Part shown: positions 57,926 through 64,000 of the stretch, piece by piece
How the letters are laid out: each line of letters begins with the position of its first letter
Numbering within the stretch: the first letter of the stretch is position 1
NCBI GenBank assembly: GCA_905478185.1
Contig: CAJQHO010000025.1
Span: forward strand, 15,499-79,498
Direction: 5' to 3'
DNA from: an uncultured Flavobacteriales bacterium
Lineage (GTDB): Bacteria > Bacteroidota > Bacteroidia > Flavobacteriales > BACL11
DNA: 64,000 nt
Position numbers and translations under genes: made by a program
Notes under the pieces: model-generated
What the model saw: only the letters and a program-made list of their open reading frames with translations
The model's database searches: none
What the model was told of the DNA's origin: nothing

Positions 57926-57955
57926 TAATTATCTAGAATAATTATATATAAATAA

Positions 57956-58597
57956 TTAGTTATTTAATCCGTCCGGTATTCCGTAAAAATGAACCATTTC
58001 TATTTTGTTGGAAAGAGACATAATTCCAGGATTTATTCCAGGATTTCCCTCAGGAATATTAGTGTTTAAGTCTGAATAATATTCTTTCCAAACTTTAAGG
58101 GTGTCTTTGGTTTTTGGATGAAGGAAAGTCATTGGTTTTAACTGAAAAATAGAGTCTTTCTCAAATGCTTCAAAGATGAGTTCTGAGCAGTAATACGTTT
58201 CATTATTTATTAAGAATACTTCATCATATGTAATCTCTAATTTACTTTTAGAATAAGAAACAGCATTGCTGATAGAATTTGTAAATTCCTTTTTTAATCT
58301 ACCAACAATTACTTTTGGGTTCCCGTTTTTATCAAAAGAACGATTGATAAAATCATCTAAGTTAGTGATCATTACTTTGGGAGGAATTGCTTCTAAAACT
58401 TTAAGCGTATCATTGTCTAAAACCACCAAGCCAATATGAGAAAAGTTAGCGCCATTATATCCTGGAGTTACTAATTCTATTGCATCACAAAGTGGTGAGG
58501 AATCTAAATCCTGGAAAAGCAAATCTCCTTCTTGCAGTTTAAAGTTTTTTGTGCAAGAAATCAGAATAGTAAAAAGTAAATAAAAATATTTTTTCAT
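57956..58597 (-). CDS. YiiX/YaeF-family permuted papain-like (NlpC/P60-related) lipoprotein
   Basis: Lipobox TILISC. GDLLFQD...FSHIGLVV...YYCSELIFEAF pattern of the family. Confidence 0.65.
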   Translation of the reverse strand: MKKYFYLLFTILISCTKNFKLQEGDLLFQDLDSSPLCDAIELVTPGYNGANFSHIGLVVLDNDTLKVLEAIPPKVMITNLDDFINRSFDKNGNPKVIVGRLKKEFTNSISNAVSYSKSKLEITYDEVFLINNETYYCSELIFEAFEKDSIFQLKPMTFLHPKTKDTLKVWKEYYSDLNTNIPEGNPGINPGIMSLSNKIEMVHFYGIPDGLNN

Positions 58598-58607
58598 TTT
58601 TCAAACA

Positions 58608-58637
58608 TAAAAAAAGAGGACTACATTGAGTCCTCTT
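58608..58637 (-). terminator. intrinsic terminator after atpC
   Basis: Minus strand AGAGGACT-CAATGT-AGTCCTCT followed by T7. Confidence 0.8.
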
Positions 58638-58659
58638 TTGATAATTTATTTAAATGTAA

Positions 58660-58896
58660 TTAATCTGCTAAAACAATTATTTTATTGTTTTGCATTTCAA
58701 TTACTCCACCATTTATTTCAAAATTTTCAGTAGTGTTATCAGCAGTAATTACTCTTATATTTCCGTTAGTTAAAGTTGAAATAATGGGAGCGTGACTATT
58801 CAATACTTCAAAACCTCCTGTTGTTCCTGGGAATTTCACTGAAGTCACTTCTCCTGTAAAAACTTTTTTTTCGGGTGTTATTATTTCTAATATCAT
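58660..58896 (-). CDS. atpC: F0F1 ATP synthase subunit epsilon (short form)
   Basis: LEIITPEK.VF.GEV..V..PG..G.FEVL..HAP pattern. Directly downstream of atpD. Confidence 0.85.
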   Translation of the reverse strand: MILEIITPEKKVFTGEVTSVKFPGTTGGFEVLNSHAPIISTLTNGNIRVITADNTTENFEINGGVIEMQNNKIIVLAD

Positions 58897-58903
58897 TACT
58901 TGA

Positions 58904-60508
<1,605 letters not shown>

Positions 60509-60561
60509 TTAATTGTTAATTTTGAACACTTTTTCAACAAAAAAATACAAATAATAAATAA

Positions 60562-61497
60562 GTGAAAGTTTACCATTCAATTGAGGAGTTTCCCTCAGAT
60601 ATTAATACAATTATTACCATTGGTACTTTTGATGGAGTACATAAGGGGCATCAAACAATAATTGATAAGCTAAATGCAACAGCAAAAAAAGAAGGTTTGC
60701 AAAGTGTTTTGCTTACTTTCTATCCTCATCCAAGGCATGTTCTATTTCCTGATGATCAAAAGTTAAAATTAATTAGTACAATTGAAGAGAAAACTCAGGC
60801 ACTTGAAAAAACTGGATTGCAAAACCTTATTACACATGAGTTTACTGTTGATTTCTCCCGTTTAAAATCAGTTAATTTTATTAGAGATTTTTTAGTGAAT
60901 AAGTTGAATATGAAACATATGGTAGTTGGTTATGATCATCATTTTGGTAAAAATAGAGAGGGAACTTATGAAAACCTTTTAGCTTTATCAGAATTATATG
61001 ACTTTAAGTTACATAAAATTGAGCCTCAAAATGTTGATGAGGTAACTATTAGTTCTACTAAAATAAGAAATGCGATTGCTGAAGGTGATATTGAAAAAGC
61101 AAATTCTTATTTATGTTGTGATTTTGCTATAAATGGTAAGGTAGAAAAAGGAAATAAAATTGGAAACAGTATTGGGTTTCCAACTGCAAATATTAAGGTA
61201 GTAAATAACTGGAAAATATTACCAAAGGATGGGGTGTATGCTGTTAAAGTTTTTGTTGAGTATCAGCAGTTTTATGGCATGTTAAATATTGGAGTTCGCC
61301 CAACTATTAATGACGATTCACACACCATAGAGGTGCATATTTTTGATTTTAATAAAGATATATACAATCAAAATATTAAAATTGAATTTTCAGAAAGAAT
61401 TAGAGGTGAAAAGAAATTTGAAAATCTTGATGTTTTGAAAAAACAATTGCAAATTGATGAAAGTAAATGTAAGAAAATCTTTAACCTTTTAAGTTAG
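60562..61497 (+). CDS. ribF: bifunctional riboflavin kinase / FAD synthetase
   Basis: GTFDGVHKGH and SST.IR in the FMN-adenylyltransferase half; GFPTAN...GVY...GMLNIG in the kinase half. GTG start. Confidence 0.92.
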   Translation: MKVYHSIEEFPSDINTIITIGTFDGVHKGHQTIIDKLNATAKKEGLQSVLLTFYPHPRHVLFPDDQKLKLISTIEEKTQALEKTGLQNLITHEFTVDFSRLKSVNFIRDFLVNKLNMKHMVVGYDHHFGKNREGTYENLLALSELYDFKLHKIEPQNVDEVTISSTKIRNAIAEGDIEKANSYLCCDFAINGKVEKGNKIGNSIGFPTANIKVVNNWKILPKDGVYAVKVFVEYQQFYGMLNIGVRPTINDDSHTIEVHIFDFNKDIYNQNIKIEFSERIRGEKKFENLDVLKKQLQIDESKCKKIFNLLS

Positions 61498-62143
61498 TGG
61501 TTAATTTGTGTTTTATTGCAAGCTGAGCTAAAGCTACTGGAGTTTTTACATCAAGTTTTACCATTATGTTTTTTCTGTGTGTTTCAACAGTCCTTTTGCT
61601 TATCTTTAATAAACCTGCAATCGCAGAATTCTTCTCATCATTTAATATGTGTTCCAAAACCTCCCTCTCTCTAGTTGATAGCGAGTATTTTGTTTGATAT
61701 TTATCTTTATTAACTGAACTTATTTTGTCTTCTTTTAATAAATTTTTATTAACAAATTCTTTTCCGTTTAAGCAGTTTGTTAAAGCTTTAATTATTTCAT
61801 CTCTATCAGAGTTCTTGCTCAAATATCCTGCTGCACCATGATTGAATGATTCTTTAATAATATTAGCATCTTCATACATGCTTAGCATAATTACAGGAGT
61901 TTCAATTTGTAATTTTTTTAGCCTTTTACAGAACTGTATGCCATCCATTATTGGCATATTAATATCAGAGAAAATAATATCAACATTTTGATTTTTTAAA
62001 TAAGTAATAGCATCTTTAGCATTGCTGAATGTTGAATGAACTTTTAAACCAATATCTTCTAAAATCCCAGTTAATCCGTTTGTAAAAAGAAGATGGTCAT
62101 CAATAATTATAGCAGATTTACCATTTATTATTTCTGATTTCAT
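61481..62143 (-). CDS. response regulator, NarL/LuxR family
   Basis: REC domain (IIDDH...DIIFSDINMP) plus a C-terminal LuxR HTH (LSTREREVLEHI...ISKRTVETHRKNIMVKL). Confidence 0.88.
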   Translation of the reverse strand: MKSEIINGKSAIIIDDHLLFTNGLTGILEDIGLKVHSTFSNAKDAITYLKNQNVDIIFSDINMPIMDGIQFCKRLKKLQIETPVIMLSMYEDANIIKESFNHGAAGYLSKNSDRDEIIKALTNCLNGKEFVNKNLLKEDKISSVNKDKYQTKYSLSTREREVLEHILNDEKNSAIAGLLKISKRTVETHRKNIMVKLDVKTPVALAQLAIKHKLTTNLKG

Positions 62144-63934
62144 CTAAATTACTTTGTATGGTAAATCTATTATAATTGTTGATCCAGACCCTTCCTTAGA
62201 GTCAATTTCTACTTTCCCATCAAAAAGAAGAGCTCTTTGCTGAATTAAGTTCAATCCTAACCCCCCATGTTTATCATTCGGATTAAAACCGACTCCATCA
62301 TCTTCAACTATTATTGTAAGATGATCTTCATGCCCAATAACTTGGAAACTTGCATTTTTTGCCTTAGAATGTTTAATAATATTTGCGGCTAGATTTTGTA
62401 AAATTCTATACACATTAAATTTTAAATCATTATTAATGTTATTTATTTCATCTTCTGGATGGATTTGAATATTACAATTGATACCCTTAGAAAATCTACT
62501 TGATATTTTGTTTTCAATTAAATGAATAAAATTATTACCGTCAAAAGAAACAGGAACAAGAGAGTGAGATAAATCACGTATATTATCTTGAACATTTTTA
62601 AGGTTTTCAAGTTCACCTTCTCTATCAGTAATAATTTTGTTTAATTTTGAAATCTCCATTGTAAAGGTTGGGTTGTTAAGTTTATTCGCAATTTCAGCTT
62701 CAGTCTTGACTACATCTAAAGTTCTTATCATATTTAGTCTTATAGCAGCTATCGACCCTCCAATGTCATCATGTAATTCTTTAGCAATCCAATTGTCAAT
62801 TTTTTCATATTCATCAATAATTGCTTTTGCAGCATTTGTTTTTTGCTTTTCAATAATAAATTTAATAGTTTTCTTTTTTGAAATCCTTGATAAAATAACA
62901 GAGAGTAGTAGAGCTAATATTAATGCAAATATCAGTATGTATTGCTTCTTTTTAAATGCCGATTCTATTTCTATCTCTTCTGTAAGTATTGTTGATAGGT
63001 CCTTTTCTCTTTTTACAATTTGCTCATGCTGTTTGATGCCCATCAAACTATCTTTAATAGGTATAGATTTTTCTATGGCATTTAATGCCAATTCATGATC
63101 TCCAGAAATCTTATATGATTCGGATAAATTACCATATAAAACTGCCAAATTAGCATGCTTTTCATGATTTAAACATAGGTCAATACTTTTCTGGAAATAA
63201 TGAGCTGCAGAATCTGCAGTCCTCAACATTAAGAAAAGATAACCTATATTATTATTAGCTTCAATTAATTGAGGTATAAGATTTAATTTTTTTCTTATTT
63301 GCAAGGATTTTCTTAAATAAGAAAATGCTGTATCCAAATTTCCATTATCATAATGGTAGATTCCTAATGAAGTGTAATTATAAGCAAGTGCTTTATGATC
63401 ATTTAATAATCTATTTATTTTCATTGACTCTATTTTATAATAGATAGAAGAGTCTGGTTCACCCATTTTCCTTTTGAAAATTCCGAGAAAATTATATGTT
63501 TTAGCTATTTGTATTGAATCTTGTTTCTCTTTTGCCAAATTAAGAATTAGATTTGATATTTTAACTCCTTCATCTAGCTTATTAGAATGATTATAAATTT
63601 TAATTAACAAATTATACGCATTTTTCCTCCCTTTATAGCTATTAATTTCATCTGCAATTTTTAAGGATTCTACCCCAGACTCTAGTGCGAGTACTCTTCT
63701 AGCTTGATCTAAATAGATTCGTCCTAATTGAAATGTTCCATCCATTTCTCCTTGCTTGTATTGATGATGTTTAGATAAAACTACCGATCTATTAGCAAAA
63801 TAATATGCAGAATCTAGATCAATATGAATATATTCTTTTGCCTTCTTGTTAAGCGAGTCAATATCAATGTTGTAATCCTGCCCTAGAAGAAATGCAGGAA
63901 TTAATAAGAAAATAGTTAGAATAAATTTATACAT
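62144..63934 (-). CDS. TPR-repeat sensor histidine kinase (HisKA_3 / HATPase_c)
   Basis: N-terminal signal/TM, TPR-like repeats and one further TM. H-box IAKELHDDIGGS. ATPase GLGLNLIQQRALLFDGKVEIDSKEGSGS. Confidence 0.8.
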   Translation of the reverse strand: MYKFILTIFLLIPAFLLGQDYNIDIDSLNKKAKEYIHIDLDSAYYFANRSVVLSKHHQYKQGEMDGTFQLGRIYLDQARRVLALESGVESLKIADEINSYKGRKNAYNLLIKIYNHSNKLDEGVKISNLILNLAKEKQDSIQIAKTYNFLGIFKRKMGEPDSSIYYKIESMKINRLLNDHKALAYNYTSLGIYHYDNGNLDTAFSYLRKSLQIRKKLNLIPQLIEANNNIGYLFLMLRTADSAAHYFQKSIDLCLNHEKHANLAVLYGNLSESYKISGDHELALNAIEKSIPIKDSLMGIKQHEQIVKREKDLSTILTEEIEIESAFKKKQYILIFALILALLLSVILSRISKKKTIKFIIEKQKTNAAKAIIDEYEKIDNWIAKELHDDIGGSIAAIRLNMIRTLDVVKTEAEIANKLNNPTFTMEISKLNKIITDREGELENLKNVQDNIRDLSHSLVPVSFDGNNFIHLIENKISSRFSKGINCNIQIHPEDEINNINNDLKFNVYRILQNLAANIIKHSKAKNASFQVIGHEDHLTIIVEDDGVGFNPNDKHGGLGLNLIQQRALLFDGKVEIDSKEGSGSTIIIDLPYKVI

Positions 63935-64000
63935 AATTCAGACAAAGATATACTTAATTTTTTAGCTCCAATTTTGCAAATTTTAGTAATAAGTCTTTTT

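Overview
AT-rich, tightly packed chromosomal segment that looks like a Bacteroidota (Flavobacteriales-like) genome. The evidence is a porU-porV type IX secretion (T9SS) pair, several proteins with T9SS C-terminal sorting domains, and many TAnnTTTG (-7) promoter boxes. I cannot name the species. Most of the window is housekeeping: ispF, lipA, ung, gatB, lpxH/lpxK, proS, rpsT, upp, aroA/aroB, obg, adk, hpt, lpd, metK, metH-metF, rsgA, dtd, atpDC, ribF, and one tRNA-Glu. I saw no CRISPR array, transposase, integrase or phage genes. Main findings: (1) a clear TPP riboswitch in front of a TonB-dependent receptor that is broken by one in-frame TAA and one frameshift in an A-run. (2) A divergent metK / metH-metF region with a clear SAM-I riboswitch on the metH side and a separate pseudoknot-capable leader on the metK side. 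(3) A small accessory cluster (about 51.2-54.4 kb) of secreted proteins that share a short C-terminal tail (..LGRE...NQPLFYIYDDGxVxK...) at near-identical DNA level; one copy is cut by a TAA. (4) Short DNA modules (signal-peptide 5' ends, 5' UTRs, a 20-nt junction) reused between secreted-protein genes about 19 kb apart. (5) An extremely Tyr-rich / Asn-Ser-Thr-Lys-Arg-rich lipoprotein abutting a FadL/PorV-like barrel gene (2-nt gap). (6) Five genes where a TAnnTTTG box sits exactly 4 nt before the start codon, which suggests leaderless mRNAs. All functional calls come from reading the translated ORFs and recognising motifs, not from database searches.
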